Both the position numbers and the translations under genes were made by a program. From Methylotenera sp. (GTDB lineage Bacteria > Pseudomonadota > Gammaproteobacteria > Burkholderiales > Methylophilaceae): a stretch of DNA of 61,157 nucleotides. Under the pieces are notes generated by a model. It made no database searches. It was given only the letters and a program-made list of their open reading frames with translations, and was not told the DNA's origin. Positions 10,943 to 22,157 of the stretch are shown here, piece by piece (position 1 is the first letter of the stretch; each line of letters begins with the position of its first letter). The DNA is taken from NCBI GenBank assembly GCA_023259635.1, contig JALRGX010000095.1, positions 1-61,157 of the forward strand, read 5' to 3'.

Positions 10943-12025
10943 ATGAAACCCAGCATGATTACCAAGCTCGCCAATTTAAGCGAGCGCCTGGACGAAGTAA
11001 ACCGTCTTTTAAGCAGTGAAGATATTACTGCCAATATGGATAACTACCGCAAACTCACGCGTGAGCATGCGGAGATTACGCCTATCGTTGAGCAATACCG
11101 CACTTTTGTACAAACCGAGTCTGACATTGCCGAAGCACAGAAAATGCTCAGTGACCCTGAAATGAAAGAGTTTGCGCAGGAAGAAATTGACGCCGGCAAA
11201 GAAAAGCTGGAAACGGTTGAAGCCGACTTGCAGAAACTTTTACTGCCTAAAGACCCGAATGATGAAAAAAACATCTTTCTTGAAATTCGCGCTGGCACTG
11301 GCGGTGATGAATCGAGCTTATTCGCAGGCGATTTATTCCGCATGTACTCACGCTATGCTGAACGTCAAGGCTGGAAAGTGGAAGTCATGTCTGCCAATGA
11401 ATCCGAAGTTGGCGGTTATAAGGAAATTATCGCCAAAATTGAAGGTTATGGCGCTTATTCCAAACTTAAATTTGAATCCGGCGGCCACCGTGTACAACGT
11501 GTGCCAGACACAGAAACCCAGGGGCGCATTCACACTAGCGCCTGTACTGTAGCCGTATTGCCTGAAGCAGATGAAGTTTCTAACGTCGTAATCAACCCTG
11601 CGGACATTCGCATCGACACTTTCCGTGCCAGCGGTGCCGGCGGCCAACATATTAATAAAACCGACTCTGCAGTGCGTATTACCCACGCACCTACCGGAAT
11701 CGTGGTGGAATGCCAGGAAGGCCGAAGCCAGCACGCTAACAAAGCACAGGCGATGGCGGTATTGGCAGCACGCATCAAAGCCAAACAGGTCGATGAGCAG
11801 CAATCCAAAATTGCAAGCGAGCGTAAGAGCCTGATCGGCAGTGGCGACCGCAGTGAACGCATTCGCACCTACAACTACCCGCAAGGCCGTATTACCGACC
11901 ACCGCATTAATTTAACCTTATACAAAATTGATGCGATTACCGAAGGTGATATGGATGAGTTGATTGGCGCGTTGTCTGCAGAACATCAGGCCGACCTGCT
12001 GGCTAGCCTGGGTGAAGATAACTAA
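10943..12025 (+). CDS. prfA: Peptide chain release factor 1
   Basis: GGQ motif, PxT recognition loop (RVPDTE), hemA-prfA-prmC synteny. Confidence 0.97.
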   Translation: MKPSMITKLANLSERLDEVNRLLSSEDITANMDNYRKLTREHAEITPIVEQYRTFVQTESDIAEAQKMLSDPEMKEFAQEEIDAGKEKLETVEADLQKLLLPKDPNDEKNIFLEIRAGTGGDESSLFAGDLFRMYSRYAERQGWKVEVMSANESEVGGYKEIIAKIEGYGAYSKLKFESGGHRVQRVPDTETQGRIHTSACTVAVLPEADEVSNVVINPADIRIDTFRASGAGGQHINKTDSAVRITHAPTGIVVECQEGRSQHANKAQAMAVLAARIKAKQVDEQQSKIASERKSLIGSGDRSERIRTYNYPQGRITDHRINLTLYKIDAITEGDMDELIGALSAEHQADLLASLGEDN

Positions 12026-12051
12026 TTCTCACGGCTAAAAGCCGATTCACA

Positions 12052-12927
12052 ATGCACACAATCCGCTCTGCTCTTTTGCAAGCCCAGGCGCAACTTAACA
12101 ATGCAACTGAGCTAGATGTAATTGATGCCAGATACGAATCACAGTTGCTGTTACAACACATACTGAACGCAAACCGTGCGTGGCTGATTGCGCACGAGAA
12201 TGATGTTCTGCAACCTGCCAACCAGGGCAGGTTTGCAGCTTTACTGCAACGCCGCTGTAATGGTGAACCTATGGCCTATATTCTAGGCAAGCGTGAGTTT
12301 TATGGGTTGGATCTTGCTGTAACGCCAGCAGCGCTCATCCCGAGGCCGGACACAGAAATACTGGTGGATGCTGCGCTAGAAAAGATTTCAGAAAATCAAA
12401 GCATGCAGGTACTTGATTTAGGCACTGGTACAGGGGCAATTGCACTTGCAATCGCACAGCAACGGCCACAGGCACAAGTCACCGCGGTAGATGCCTCCCA
12501 GGCCGCTTTAGACGTTGCCATCAGCAATGGCCGGCAACATAACATTGCGAATGTCCATTTCTTTCTCAGTGACTGGTTTTCCGCTTTAAGCCAGAAAAAA
12601 TTTGATGTCATCGTCAGCAACCCGCCCTATATCGAGCAAAACGATGCCCATCTATCACAAGGCGATTTGCGCTTTGAGCCCATATCCGCATTAGCTTCCG
12701 GTGAGGATGGACTTGATGACATTCGCCGCATTATTGACGATTGTTTAATCCACCTGGAACCACAGGGCTGGTTAATGCTCGAGCATGGCTATAATCAGGC
12801 CAAGCCTGTTGCTGACCTGATGGCACAGGCAGGATTGGTCGACATCGAAACCTTCAAGGATTATGGCAGCAATGACCGCGTCACGATAGGTAGGAATCCG
12901 CTCATTGTCAGCGCCCATTGGGACTAA
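12052..12927 (+). CDS. prmC: Release factor glutamine methyltransferase
   Basis: LIPRPDTE, DLGTGTG, NPPY. Confidence 0.96.
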   Translation: MHTIRSALLQAQAQLNNATELDVIDARYESQLLLQHILNANRAWLIAHENDVLQPANQGRFAALLQRRCNGEPMAYILGKREFYGLDLAVTPAALIPRPDTEILVDAALEKISENQSMQVLDLGTGTGAIALAIAQQRPQAQVTAVDASQAALDVAISNGRQHNIANVHFFLSDWFSALSQKKFDVIVSNPPYIEQNDAHLSQGDLRFEPISALASGEDGLDDIRRIIDDCLIHLEPQGWLMLEHGYNQAKPVADLMAQAGLVDIETFKDYGSNDRVTIGRNPLIVSAHWD

Positions 12928-12928
12928 T

Positions 12929-13471
12929 TTAAAACCCTGCCTGATACTGTGTTTTCAACAGCACATAGTTATTCGCCGAATACATGAAATTTGCGATCTC
13001 ATCAGCCGTTAGAGCACGTACCTTTTTTGCCGGTCGGCCTACATACAGGTAACCGCTTTCAAGCACCTTCCCTTCCGGAACCAGGCTGCCAGCCGCCAGC
13101 AGTACATGCTTCTGCACTAATGCCTTATCCATGACGATACTGCCCATACCAATCAGCACTTCATCTTCTATCGTACAGCCATGCAATATGACCGAATGGC
13201 CTATGGTTACATTGTCACCAATAATAAGCGGTGCGCCAGCCGGATCACTGCTGGACTTATGATTTACATGCAGCATGCTCAAATCCTGCACATTGGTATT
13301 CTTGCCGATGTGAATATAATTCACATCACCGCGAATCACAGCGCCAGGCCAAACAGAGCTATCCTCCCCGATTACGACATCACCGATAACCGTTGCGGCA
13401 GTATGCACATAAACGCCACTGGCAATTTGCGGAAAATGCTTCAAAAAACGTTGTATGTTTTGCGCAGGCAT
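12929..13471 (-). CDS. Gamma carbonic anhydrase family protein (YrdA-like)
   Basis: Hexapeptide repeats, RGDVN, QD, TIGH.VILHGC. Confidence 0.9.
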   Translation of the reverse strand: MPAQNIQRFLKHFPQIASGVYVHTAATVIGDVVIGEDSSVWPGAVIRGDVNYIHIGKNTNVQDLSMLHVNHKSSSDPAGAPLIIGDNVTIGHSVILHGCTIEDEVLIGMGSIVMDKALVQKHVLLAAGSLVPEGKVLESGYLYVGRPAKKVRALTADEIANFMYSANNYVLLKTQYQAGF

Positions 13472-13544
13472 TTGTTACAAAAACCTCTTTTCAAATCGCT
13501 TTTTTCTATAAACTTGTTTCTGATTGCCATAGTATAATCATATT

Positions 13545-14687
13545 ATGTCTGAAAATAACTCCGTCGGCATTGTTGCCCCACAAACTGCACACTTTAGCGA
13601 GCCGCTTACACTTAAAAGCGGCGAGGTATTGCCACAATATGACCTGGTTTATGAGACCTATGGCACGTTAAATGCTGATAAATCCAACGCTGTACTGATC
13701 TGCCATGCCTTATCCGGAAACCATCATGTTGCCGGCAAGTATAGCGCGGACGACAAATACCCTGGCTGGTGGGACAACCTGATTGGCCCGGACAAGCCAC
13801 TGGATACGAATAAGTTCTTTGTGGTCGGCCTCAACAACCTCGGCGGCTGCCATGGTTCGTCAGGCCCATCCAACATCAATCCAGCTACCGGCAAACAATG
13901 GGGCTCCGCCTTCCCGATTCTCACTGTAGAAGACTGGGTTAACTCTCAGGCACGCCTGCTTGACCATCTTGGCATTGAACAACTAGCAGCGGTGATCGGT
14001 GGCAGCCTGGGTGGCATGCAGGGTCTACAGTGGACAATCGCTCACCCTGACCGCGTGCGCCATGCATTGATTATTGCTTCTGCACCCAACCTGACCGCAC
14101 AGAACATGGCGTTCAATGAAGTTGCCCGTCAGGCGATTATTACTGATCCCGAATTCCACAATGGCGATTATTACGAACACGGTGTAGTGCCACGCCGCGG
14201 GCTCCGTATCGCACGTATGTTAGGCCATATTACCTACTTAAGCGATGATGCAATGGGAGAGAAATTCGGCCGTAAAGTTAAAGACACCATCAAATACAGT
14301 TTTGATGTTGAGTTTGAGATGGAGTCCTACTTGCGCTATCAAGGCGACAAGTTTGCTGGCTCTTTTGATGCGAACACCTATTTACGTATGACACGTGCTC
14401 TGGATTATTACGATCCTGCACTCGCATATGACGGCGATTTGAGCAAAGCCTTAAGCAAGGCTAAATCTGAATTTCTGGTAGTGTCTTTCACTAGCGACTG
14501 GCGCTTTTCCCCGGCACGCTCACGCGAAATCGTTAAAGCGCTGCTGGATAACGAAAGTACCGTCAGCTATGCAGAAGTGACTGCTGCGCACGGCCATGAT
14601 GCATTCCTAATGCCGGATAAACATTACCACGCGATTTTGCGCAGTTACTTAAGCAACATACAGATTGGCAGCAACCATGCAAAATAA
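13545..14687 (+). CDS. metX: Homoserine O-acyltransferase (MetX family)
   Basis: CHALSG, GGSLGG, GHDAFL; followed by metW. Confidence 0.95.
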   Translation: MSENNSVGIVAPQTAHFSEPLTLKSGEVLPQYDLVYETYGTLNADKSNAVLICHALSGNHHVAGKYSADDKYPGWWDNLIGPDKPLDTNKFFVVGLNNLGGCHGSSGPSNINPATGKQWGSAFPILTVEDWVNSQARLLDHLGIEQLAAVIGGSLGGMQGLQWTIAHPDRVRHALIIASAPNLTAQNMAFNEVARQAIITDPEFHNGDYYEHGVVPRRGLRIARMLGHITYLSDDAMGEKFGRKVKDTIKYSFDVEFEMESYLRYQGDKFAGSFDANTYLRMTRALDYYDPALAYDGDLSKALSKAKSEFLVVSFTSDWRFSPARSREIVKALLDNESTVSYAEVTAAHGHDAFLMPDKHYHAILRSYLSNIQIGSNHAK

Positions 14688-15282
14688 TGTTGATATCACA
14701 AATTTCAGGCAAGATTTTGCAATTATTGCAAATTGGGTTAAGTTTGGTTCTAAAGTGCTGGATTTGGGCTGCGGTAATGGCGAATTACTAAATTTTCTGC
14801 GCAGTTCACTTGAAATTAAAGGCTACGGAGTAGAAAAAGATGACGCCAACGTGCTGGCCTGTGTGAAAAATGGCACTAATGTAATCCAGATGGATCTTGA
14901 AGACGGCCTGTCCGGTTTTGAGGATCAGTCTTTCAATACTGTAATTCTCTCGCAAACCCTGCAGGCGATGCATCACACCGAAGCAATTGTGCTGGAAATG
15001 CTGCGTGTAGGCCAGGAAATCATTGTCACTTTTCCCAACTTTGGTTACTGGCGCAACCGCATACAAATCACAATGGGGCAGATGCCGGTCTCAAGAACAT
15101 TACCTTACCAGTGGTACGATACGCCCAATGTGCATCTCTGTACTATCAGTGATTTCGATATATTCTGCAAAAAACACAATATTGATATTCTGGAACGCAG
15201 GGTCATTACCGATGGCAAAGAAATCAACCTGATGCCCAATCTGCTTGGCAACCTTGCCATGTACCGCCTGAAAACCAAGTAA
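14677..15282 (+). CDS. metW: Methionine biosynthesis protein MetW
   Basis: [31 protein letters not shown]. Confidence 0.95.
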   Translation: MQNNVDITNFRQDFAIIANWVKFGSKVLDLGCGNGELLNFLRSSLEIKGYGVEKDDANVLACVKNGTNVIQMDLEDGLSGFEDQSFNTVILSQTLQAMHHTEAIVLEMLRVGQEIIVTFPNFGYWRNRIQITMGQMPVSRTLPYQWYDTPNVHLCTISDFDIFCKKHNIDILERRVITDGKEINLMPNLLGNLAMYRLKTK

Positions 15283-15287
15283 CAGTT

Positions 15288-16541
15288 TTGCAGTCAATCC
15301 CGCAACCCAGCATCCGGCAATCGATCATGAGCAAAAAGATGCTCATCTGCGTATTTACCGGCTTCAGCTCGGGCCTGCCGTTATTTATACTGATTAGCTT
15401 ATTGCCGGCCTGGCTACGTTCCGAGGGCGTCAATCTTAAGGCGATTGGCCTGTTCGCCTTCATTAACCTGCCCTTTACCTGGAAATTTTTGTGGGCACCT
15501 CTATTTGACCGTTACACTCCACCCTTGGGCAGAAGGCGCGGATGGCTAATCATCACACAGCTTTCATTGCTCATTTCCATTCCCATATTTGGCAGCTTCA
15601 AGCCCGGGCTGGATATCTGGACAATCGCCTACCTGGCTACCGTCGTTGCATTTTTCAGCGCCTGCCAGGACATTGTGATAGATGCATATCGCCGCGAACT
15701 CTTGCTAGACGCAGAACTGGGCTTGGGCAATGCCGTACATGTAAACGCCTACAAAGTGGCCGGACTCATACCAGGCTCACTATCGTTGATTCTGGCTGAT
15801 CACATGGACTGGAGCAGCGTCTTCATCATTACAGCACTTTTCATGCTGCCTGGACTGATAATGACCCTGCTTATATCAGAACCCTTGCTGCTTAGCGGCA
15901 CACCCAAAACTCTGCGCGCAGCCGTAGTGGAACCGTTTAAAGAATTCATCAGCCGCAACGGTATCAAATCGGCACTGCTTATTTTAGCGTTTATCTTTCT
16001 ATACAAACTGGGCGACAGCATGGCAACGGCTTTAGCAACACCGTTCTACCTTGATATGGGTTACAGCAAGACTGAAATTGGCCTGATAGCAAAAAACGCC
16101 GGCTTATGGCCCAGCGTGATTGGGGGCTTATTAGGTGGTGCATGGATGGTTAAACTCGGCATTAACCGCTCACTCTGGATATTTGGTGCCGTACAGATGA
16201 TCGCCATTCTGGGGTTTGCCTGGCTGTCAACAGCATCACATAATATACCGCTATTAGGCTTGGTGATCGGCATTGAGGCTTTTGGCGTCGGTTTAGGAAC
16301 CGCAGCTTTTGTGGCTTACATCGCGCACACCACGCACCCGCTTTACACGGCAACACAGTTCGCACTTTTTACCAGCCTTGCCGCCGTACCGCGCACATTT
16401 GCCAATGCCGCAACTGGCTACATGGTAGAAAACCTGGGTTGGCTCAAATTTTTCATACTATGCTTTGTACTGGCAATACCTGGAATGCTGTTATTAATCA
16501 AAATCGCGCCATGGAATGAAACCTCAACAAAACAGAATTAA
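15288..16541 (+). CDS. ampG: Muropeptide MFS permease
   Basis: GFSSGLP, KFLWAPLFD, GRRRGW, QDIVIDAYR, YTATQFAL. Confidence 0.93.
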   Translation: MQSIPQPSIRQSIMSKKMLICVFTGFSSGLPLFILISLLPAWLRSEGVNLKAIGLFAFINLPFTWKFLWAPLFDRYTPPLGRRRGWLIITQLSLLISIPIFGSFKPGLDIWTIAYLATVVAFFSACQDIVIDAYRRELLLDAELGLGNAVHVNAYKVAGLIPGSLSLILADHMDWSSVFIITALFMLPGLIMTLLISEPLLLSGTPKTLRAAVVEPFKEFISRNGIKSALLILAFIFLYKLGDSMATALATPFYLDMGYSKTEIGLIAKNAGLWPSVIGGLLGGAWMVKLGINRSLWIFGAVQMIAILGFAWLSTASHNIPLLGLVIGIEAFGVGLGTAAFVAYIAHTTHPLYTATQFALFTSLAAVPRTFANAATGYMVENLGWLKFFILCFVLAIPGMLLLIKIAPWNETSTKQN

Positions 16542-16605
16542 AGCCAAGGCACTGTAAGTTTTGGCAAATTAGCGCGACGAATCTCAACACTCAAGGAGAT
16601 TCACC

Positions 16606-17376
16606 ATGTTACCAAACCCCAAGCTTTTATTCACATTTATGCTCATCAGCCTCACAATACCAGAGGCCTATGCTGCTCAATGTAACGCGGCTAGCGGCAA
16701 AACTGTAGTGCCCCTGCTTGAACTCTACACTTCCGAAGGCTGCAGCAGCTGTCCGCCTGCTGAACAATGGCTGAGCAGCCTCGATCTGGGTGCAAGCAAA
16801 TTGACGCCTCTTGCTTTTCACGTGGATTATTGGGATTACATAGGCTGGAAAGACCGGTTTGCAAGAACCGCCTATAGCGAACGACAACGAAAACTTGCAG
16901 CATTGGGTGGTGCCAGATTTGTTTACACACCGCAATTCACTTTTAATGGGAGGGACTTCAGGAGTTGGAATGATGCTCGCCTTAAACTAGGCATAGAGAA
17001 CAGCAACAACCAAATTGCACACGCGAGCCTGGCGCTGAACCTGAGTAATGAAGGCAAAGGCGAAATTCTGCTAAAAACCTCTGCACACAGCAACTACCCT
17101 GATGATGCCAGGCAGGCTGATATTTTCATTGCCATTTATGAAAATAAACTAACCAGCCAAGTCAATACCGGTGAGAACAGTGGCCACGAACTGCAGCATG
17201 ATTATGTAGTACGCGAATTTCTAGGACCTTATCAGTTCGATCGTAATAATGCATTTGCAAAAACCATCACCTTAAAACCGGAATGGAAAGGACGCAATGC
17301 CGGCGCTGCAATGTTTGTACAGAGTCGCTTCACCGGCAGTGTGTTGCAAAGCCTGAAACTACCGTTATGCCTTTAG
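16606..17376 (+). CDS. Secreted thioredoxin-like protein, DUF1223 family
   Basis: Signal peptide, ELYTSEGCSSCPPA, HVDYWDYIGWKDRF, YTPQ, GEN.G.EL.HD.VVR. Confidence 0.88.
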   Translation: MLPNPKLLFTFMLISLTIPEAYAAQCNAASGKTVVPLLELYTSEGCSSCPPAEQWLSSLDLGASKLTPLAFHVDYWDYIGWKDRFARTAYSERQRKLAALGGARFVYTPQFTFNGRDFRSWNDARLKLGIENSNNQIAHASLALNLSNEGKGEILLKTSAHSNYPDDARQADIFIAIYENKLTSQVNTGENSGHELQHDYVVREFLGPYQFDRNNAFAKTITLKPEWKGRNAGAAMFVQSRFTGSVLQSLKLPLCL

Positions 17377-17401
17377 AATCAAATAAAAAGACACGCAAAG
17401 T

Positions 17402-18370
17402 TTATGGAGCAGAAATATGCGCAATATCAATCCTTGGCTGATCCATATTACCTAGTAATCCAGCTTCCACCCCCGTGCCGGAAACAACTGAAGAATCCGT
17501 TACCATTGGCCCTAAATTTTCTACAATTTGCATAGGTGGCCCAGCAAGCTTGCGGGTGTAATGTATGGACTGATACAAGTCTTTCTCCCAACCATCAGCC
17601 TGCTCTTTTTCTACGATAAACTCCAAGGATTGCGCCATTTCCGCCTTTGTATAGCCTAACTCCATCAGCAGGTTAATCGATATATCATCCGCCTCCGTTA
17701 ACTGGCTCGGCTTGATCCTGGACAACGCCACTTCAGAGCCTACATAAGAAGTCACGGTAGAAGCAGCACTGGTCATCACACTCGTTGCCGTTGTAGCCTG
17801 CGCGGCCGCACTGGAAGCGCTCAGTAAACTTACAGCAGGAAACAAAACGCCAGATAGCACACTAAACAGTATTTTAGTCATGGCATTGTCATTGTGGTGG
17901 CGTGCAATCACATGCCCCATTTCACGCGCGATCAGGAAAGCCATCGCTTCTTCACCCAAGTCCAGGTTTTGGACGCTGCGAAAAACAACAACCTTTCCAT
18001 TGGCACTAGAGGCACATCCTATACCTTTTTTATCGGTCACCGCGAACTCGAAACCGGGAGTCCTTTTTTTGAGTTCCGGGTATATTTCATAGGCTAATTG
18101 CGCCAGGCGCCGCCCTAGCTCCTGCACTTGCAGGTCAAAAGCCGCATTTTCCTTGCAAGCATCCCCGCTACAGGATTTTCCGTCAGGTTTGGCAGCAAGA
18201 CGCAAACGCATATCAATATCTGAATAGGCGTAGCTGATGCCTTCGATTGGATCCTTGCCAGGAACAATCGTGCCAGATCCCGGCACAGTCTGATTCGAAC
18301 CGGCAAAAGCCGAAGGCGCACACAAGCCTGCTGCCAGGCAAATAACCCAATATGAATAACGAATGCTCAA
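17402..18370 (-). CDS. M48 peptidase-like secreted protein with a degenerate zinc motif
   Basis: AFLIAREMGHVIARH and TEADD match the M48 layout, but HExxH reads RExxH. Confidence 0.75.
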   Translation of the reverse strand: MSIRYSYWVICLAAGLCAPSAFAGSNQTVPGSGTIVPGKDPIEGISYAYSDIDMRLRLAAKPDGKSCSGDACKENAAFDLQVQELGRRLAQLAYEIYPELKKRTPGFEFAVTDKKGIGCASSANGKVVVFRSVQNLDLGEEAMAFLIAREMGHVIARHHNDNAMTKILFSVLSGVLFPAVSLLSASSAAAQATTATSVMTSAASTVTSYVGSEVALSRIKPSQLTEADDISINLLMELGYTKAEMAQSLEFIVEKEQADGWEKDLYQSIHYTRKLAGPPMQIVENLGPMVTDSSVVSGTGVEAGLLGNMDQPRIDIAHISAP

Positions 18371-18420
18371 GTGTTTAACTTATTGAAATAAAAAATATTC
18401 TGGAGATTTACACACATACA

Positions 18421-19194
18421 TTAAAACACATAATCTATAATAAGTGGCGCATGATCGCTAAAACGCTCATCTTTATACACACTGCTTGCCACGGCTTTTT
18501 CTGCCATGCCAGGCGTAGCAATCTGATAGTCGATACGCCAACCTACATTTTTTGCCCATGCCTGACCGCGATTGCTCCACCAGGTATAACATTCATCCGT
18601 AGTATCCGGATACAACCTACGATAAACATCCACCCAGCCAATTTCATCAAATAACCCCGTCAGCCAGGCGCGCTCTTCCGGCAAGAAACCGGAGTTCTTT
18701 TTATTGCCTTTCCAATTTTTCAGGTCAGCCTCTTTGTGCGCAATATTCCAGTCGCCACAGATCACCACATCACGTCCGCTTGCGATTAGCGTTTGCAACT
18801 GCGGCATAAATCGATCCATCACACTGAATTTAAAAGCCTGTCGCTCCTCACCGCTGGACCCGGACGGCAAATACAGGGAAACCACGCTTAAATTACCGAA
18901 CCTTGCTTCAATATAGCGGCCTTCACTATCTATATCGACAATGCCTAAACCTTCTATCACAGCATCAGGCTGTTTTTTTGAATAAATCCCAACACCGCTA
19001 TATCCCTTTTTCTCAGCATAATGGAAATAACCATAATACCCTTCCGGATTAAGCATTTCTTTAGTCAAATCTGTCACTTGCGCCTTAATTTCCTGCATGC
19101 AGATAATGTCTGCATCCTGTTTTTTCAGCCAAGCATATAGGCCTTTATTGGCAGCAGAGCGGATGCCATTTAAATTTAACGATATAATCTTCAA
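18421..19194 (-). CDS. xth: Exodeoxyribonuclease III / AP endonuclease (TTG start)
   Basis: NLNGIRSA, MQE, GYSGV, GDWNIAH, WRIDY, SDHAP. Confidence 0.93.
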   Translation of the reverse strand: MKIISLNLNGIRSAANKGLYAWLKKQDADIICMQEIKAQVTDLTKEMLNPEGYYGYFHYAEKKGYSGVGIYSKKQPDAVIEGLGIVDIDSEGRYIEARFGNLSVVSLYLPSGSSGEERQAFKFSVMDRFMPQLQTLIASGRDVVICGDWNIAHKEADLKNWKGNKKNSGFLPEERAWLTGLFDEIGWVDVYRRLYPDTTDECYTWWSNRGQAWAKNVGWRIDYQIATPGMAEKAVASSVYKDERFSDHAPLIIDYVF

Positions 19195-19229
19195 AACTAT
19201 AACTTCCCGATTAACAACAGATAGATAAC

Positions 19230-19883
19230 ATGACCCAACAAACAGACCAATTCAGACAAGAGTTTATCGCATTTGCGATCAAAAAAGAGGTTTTACGTTT
19301 TGGTGAGTTCAAAACCAAAGCCGGCCGCTTAAGCCCATATTTTTTCAATGCCGGCTTATTTAACGATGGTGAAAGCCTGATGAAACTAGGTGAATTCTAT
19401 GCCGAAGCGATTAAAAATTCCGGTATTGAATTTGACATGCTGTTCGGCCCTGCTTACAAAGGCATTACATTAGCGGCAAGTATTGCCATTGCTTTTGCCA
19501 AAAATGGTCGCAATATTCCTTATGCCTACAACCGCAAAGAAGCTAAAGATCATGGTGAAGGTGGTGTAATAGTAGGTAGCCCGCTCAAAGGCAAAGTTCT
19601 CATCATAGATGACGTAATTTCGGCAGGAACCTCAGTGCGAGAATCAGTAGAACTTATCAACGCCAGCGGCGCCAAAGCCTGTGGTGTAGCTATTGCGATT
19701 GATAGGCAAGAGAAAGGTTTAGGCAAGCTGTCTGCCGTGCAAGAGGTTGTGAAATCCAACCAGATTCCTGTATGTGCCATTGCAAATCTGGACGACCTGC
19801 TAAGCTTCCTGAGTGCACATCAAGATATGGTCCAAAACTTGCATGCGGTTGAAGCATATCGCCAAAAATACGGCGTAATTTAA
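19230..19883 (+). CDS. pyrE: Orotate phosphoribosyltransferase
   Basis: SPYFFNAG, FGPAYKG, RKEAKDHGEGG, IIDDVISAGTS. Confidence 0.97.
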   Translation: MTQQTDQFRQEFIAFAIKKEVLRFGEFKTKAGRLSPYFFNAGLFNDGESLMKLGEFYAEAIKNSGIEFDMLFGPAYKGITLAASIAIAFAKNGRNIPYAYNRKEAKDHGEGGVIVGSPLKGKVLIIDDVISAGTSVRESVELINASGAKACGVAIAIDRQEKGLGKLSAVQEVVKSNQIPVCAIANLDDLLSFLSAHQDMVQNLHAVEAYRQKYGVI

Positions 19884-19933
19884 TACTGAGGCGCAGGTGC
19901 GCCACACCAATAAATAAGGTCTCTCGAATCACC

Positions 19934-20599
19934 ATGTTGCAATTACAGAAATTAACACTTAGAAAGCCGGATTATTTTATTGCTATGCAATTAGGAATAT
20001 CAGCTTTGTTATGTTTAACGCTATGTTACATGCATCCCGTTTACGCAGGAGGCGCCAGCCGCATTGTTAAATGGAAAGATGAAAATGGTGTAACTCACTA
20101 TGGAGATCAAATTCCACCTCAGTACACGAATCGTGAAAATTCGTTAATGAACAAACAAGGTATCACCGTACAGCAAAACAAACCCCAAGCCCCTCAAGAC
20201 AAAGAAGCGGAATTGGCTAAACTGGAACAGGAGAAAAAAGACCGGGCACTGCTTGGCACATTCACGAATGCAGAGGAAATTGACCTGACACGCGACCGCA
20301 ATCTGGAGCCCGAGTTACTTATACTTAAAAACCTGCAGCAGGATAGAGCTGTCGCACAAGGTAAAGTTGACCAATCAAACGCAAAAGCAAACGCCTTTAA
20401 CAGAACCAGAAAACCGGTTCCGGCAAATATCAGCGATGAGCTTAAGGCAAATAAAGATGCTCTGGCAAAAATTGACCAGCGCATCAATATACGGCAACAG
20501 GCAATTGACAACATACGCAATCGCTTTGAAGAAGATAAAAGACGCTATCTCATACTGCGCGGCCAGAGCACAGCCACACCTACTGATAAACCCCAATAA
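19934..20599 (+). CDS. DUF4124 domain secreted coiled-coil protein
   Basis: KWKDENGVTHYGDQIPP followed by DRALL and a coiled coil. Confidence 0.8.
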   Translation: MLQLQKLTLRKPDYFIAMQLGISALLCLTLCYMHPVYAGGASRIVKWKDENGVTHYGDQIPPQYTNRENSLMNKQGITVQQNKPQAPQDKEAELAKLEQEKKDRALLGTFTNAEEIDLTRDRNLEPELLILKNLQQDRAVAQGKVDQSNAKANAFNRTRKPVPANISDELKANKDALAKIDQRINIRQQAIDNIRNRFEEDKRRYLILRGQSTATPTDKPQ

Positions 20600-20601
20600 A
20601 T

Positions 20602-20627
20602 TAGGGTCGGCAAGATTGCCGACCCTA
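20602..20627. terminator. Hairpin between convergent genes, resembling a GTAG-type REP
   Basis: tagggtcggcaa-ga-ttgccgacccta, a 12-bp inverted repeat directly after the stop codon. Confidence 0.55.
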
Positions 20628-20708
20628 TCAATCATTAAGCTCATGTTTACGGCCCCATTAGACCTGGATCACATATTCAGTAACCCGGACCAAAGAGCAC
20701 GCTAGAAA

Positions 20709-22157
20709 TTAAGCCTCAAGTTTTTTCTTCAGCATCTCATTCACTTGCGCCGGATTAGCCTTGCCCTTAGAAGCCTTCATAGCCTGGCCTACCAATGCAT
20801 TAAACGCTTTCTCCTTGCCAGCTTTAAACTCTTCGACCATAGCAGCATTAGCCGCCAACACTTCATCGATAATCGCCTCTATCGCACCAGCATCAGAAAC
20901 CTGCTTCAGACCTTTTTTCTCGATGATGGCATCTACTTCACCGTCACCATTCCACATTACTTCAAACACCTGTTTCGCAGCATTATTAGAAATGGTGTTA
21001 TCCATAATACGTTTAATCAGGTTTGCTAATTGCTCAGCAGTAACAGGCGACTCTGTAATAGCTTTCTCTTCTGCATTCAGTTTTGCTGAAACTGCGCCCA
21101 TTACCCAGTTTGCGGCAGGTTTTGCATCAGCTCCGGCCTTGACGGCAGCCACAAAATAATCTGCAACATCCCGGCTCGCTGTAAGCGTTGCCGCATCATA
21201 GCCGGTTAAACCATATTCTGATTCAAAGCGTGCTTTCATCGCCTCCGGCAATTCGGGCATTTCTGCACTTACACGCGCCTTATCAGCTTCGGTGATTTCA
21301 AGCGGCAGCAAATCAGGATCTGGGAAATAACGATAATCATTGGCCTCTTCCTTGGTACGCATTGCACGTGTTTCGCCAGTATCCGGGTTGAATAGCACGG
21401 TTGCCTGCTGGATCGCGCCGCCATCTTCCAGGGTTTCAATCTGCCAGCGCGTTTCAAACTCAATTGCCTGTTGCATGAATTTGAACGAGTTCAGGTTTTT
21501 GATTTCACGGCGAGTGCCGAGCTTATCGCTGCCTTTAGGACGTACTGAAACGTTAACGTCACAACGGAAGCTACCTTCCTGCATATTACCGTCACAGATA
21601 CCGATCCACTGTACCAGCTCATGCAGTTTCTTGGCGTAGGCAACCGCCTCAGCCGCCGAGCGCATATCTGGCTCGGTCACAATTTCCAGCAATGGTGTAC
21701 CTGCACGGTTAAGGTCAATACCACTCATACCTTCCACAGCGCCATGCACTGATTTGCCTGCGTCTTCTTCCAAATGTGCGCGCGTAATATTAATGACTTT
21801 TTCATAGGCCGGATTTTTACCTACAGCCGGGACTTGAATCGTAACCGCACCCTTACCTACGACAGGCAGCTCATACTGACTAATTTGGTAACCTTTTGGC
21901 AAATCCGGGTAAAAATAGTTTTTACGCGCAAACACAGAACGCGGTGTAATCTGCGCATTGACAGCCAAGCCGAATTTAATCGCACAGTTCACAGCTTCTT
22001 TATTCAGTACCGGCAACACACCTGGCAAGGCAATGCTCACTTCACAAGCCTGGGTGTTAGGCTCCGCACCGAACGCCGTAGAAGCGCCTGAAAATATTTT
22101 TGTTTTTGTTTGCAGCTGGGCATGAGTTTCCAGCCCGATAACGACTTCCCATTCCAT
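20709..22157 (-). CDS. gatB: Asp/Glu-tRNA amidotransferase subunit B
   Basis: [39 protein letters not shown]; start overlaps the gatA stop (TAATG). Confidence 0.97.
   Translation of the reverse strand: MEWEVVIGLETHAQLQTKTKIFSGASTAFGAEPNTQACEVSIALPGVLPVLNKEAVNCAIKFGLAVNAQITPRSVFARKNYFYPDLPKGYQISQYELPVVGKGAVTIQVPAVGKNPAYEKVINITRAHLEEDAGKSVHGAVEGMSGIDLNRAGTPLLEIVTEPDMRSAAEAVAYAKKLHELVQWIGICDGNMQEGSFRCDVNVSVRPKGSDKLGTRREIKNLNSFKFMQQAIEFETRWQIETLEDGGAIQQATVLFNPDTGETRAMRTKEEANDYRYFPDPDLLPLEITEADKARVSAEMPELPEAMKARFESEYGLTGYDAATLTASRDVADYFVAAVKAGADAKPAANWVMGAVSAKLNAEEKAITESPVTAEQLANLIKRIMDNTISNNAAKQVFEVMWNGDGEVDAIIEKKGLKQVSDAGAIEAIIDEVLAANAAMVEEFKAGKEKAFNALVGQAMKASKGKANPAQVNEMLKKKLEA

Noticed and set aside
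18421-19194. Possible Crc, since crc lies next to pyrE in Pseudomonas
   Set aside because: The catalytic residues of an active AP endonuclease (N, E, Y, D-x-N, D, SDH) are all retained
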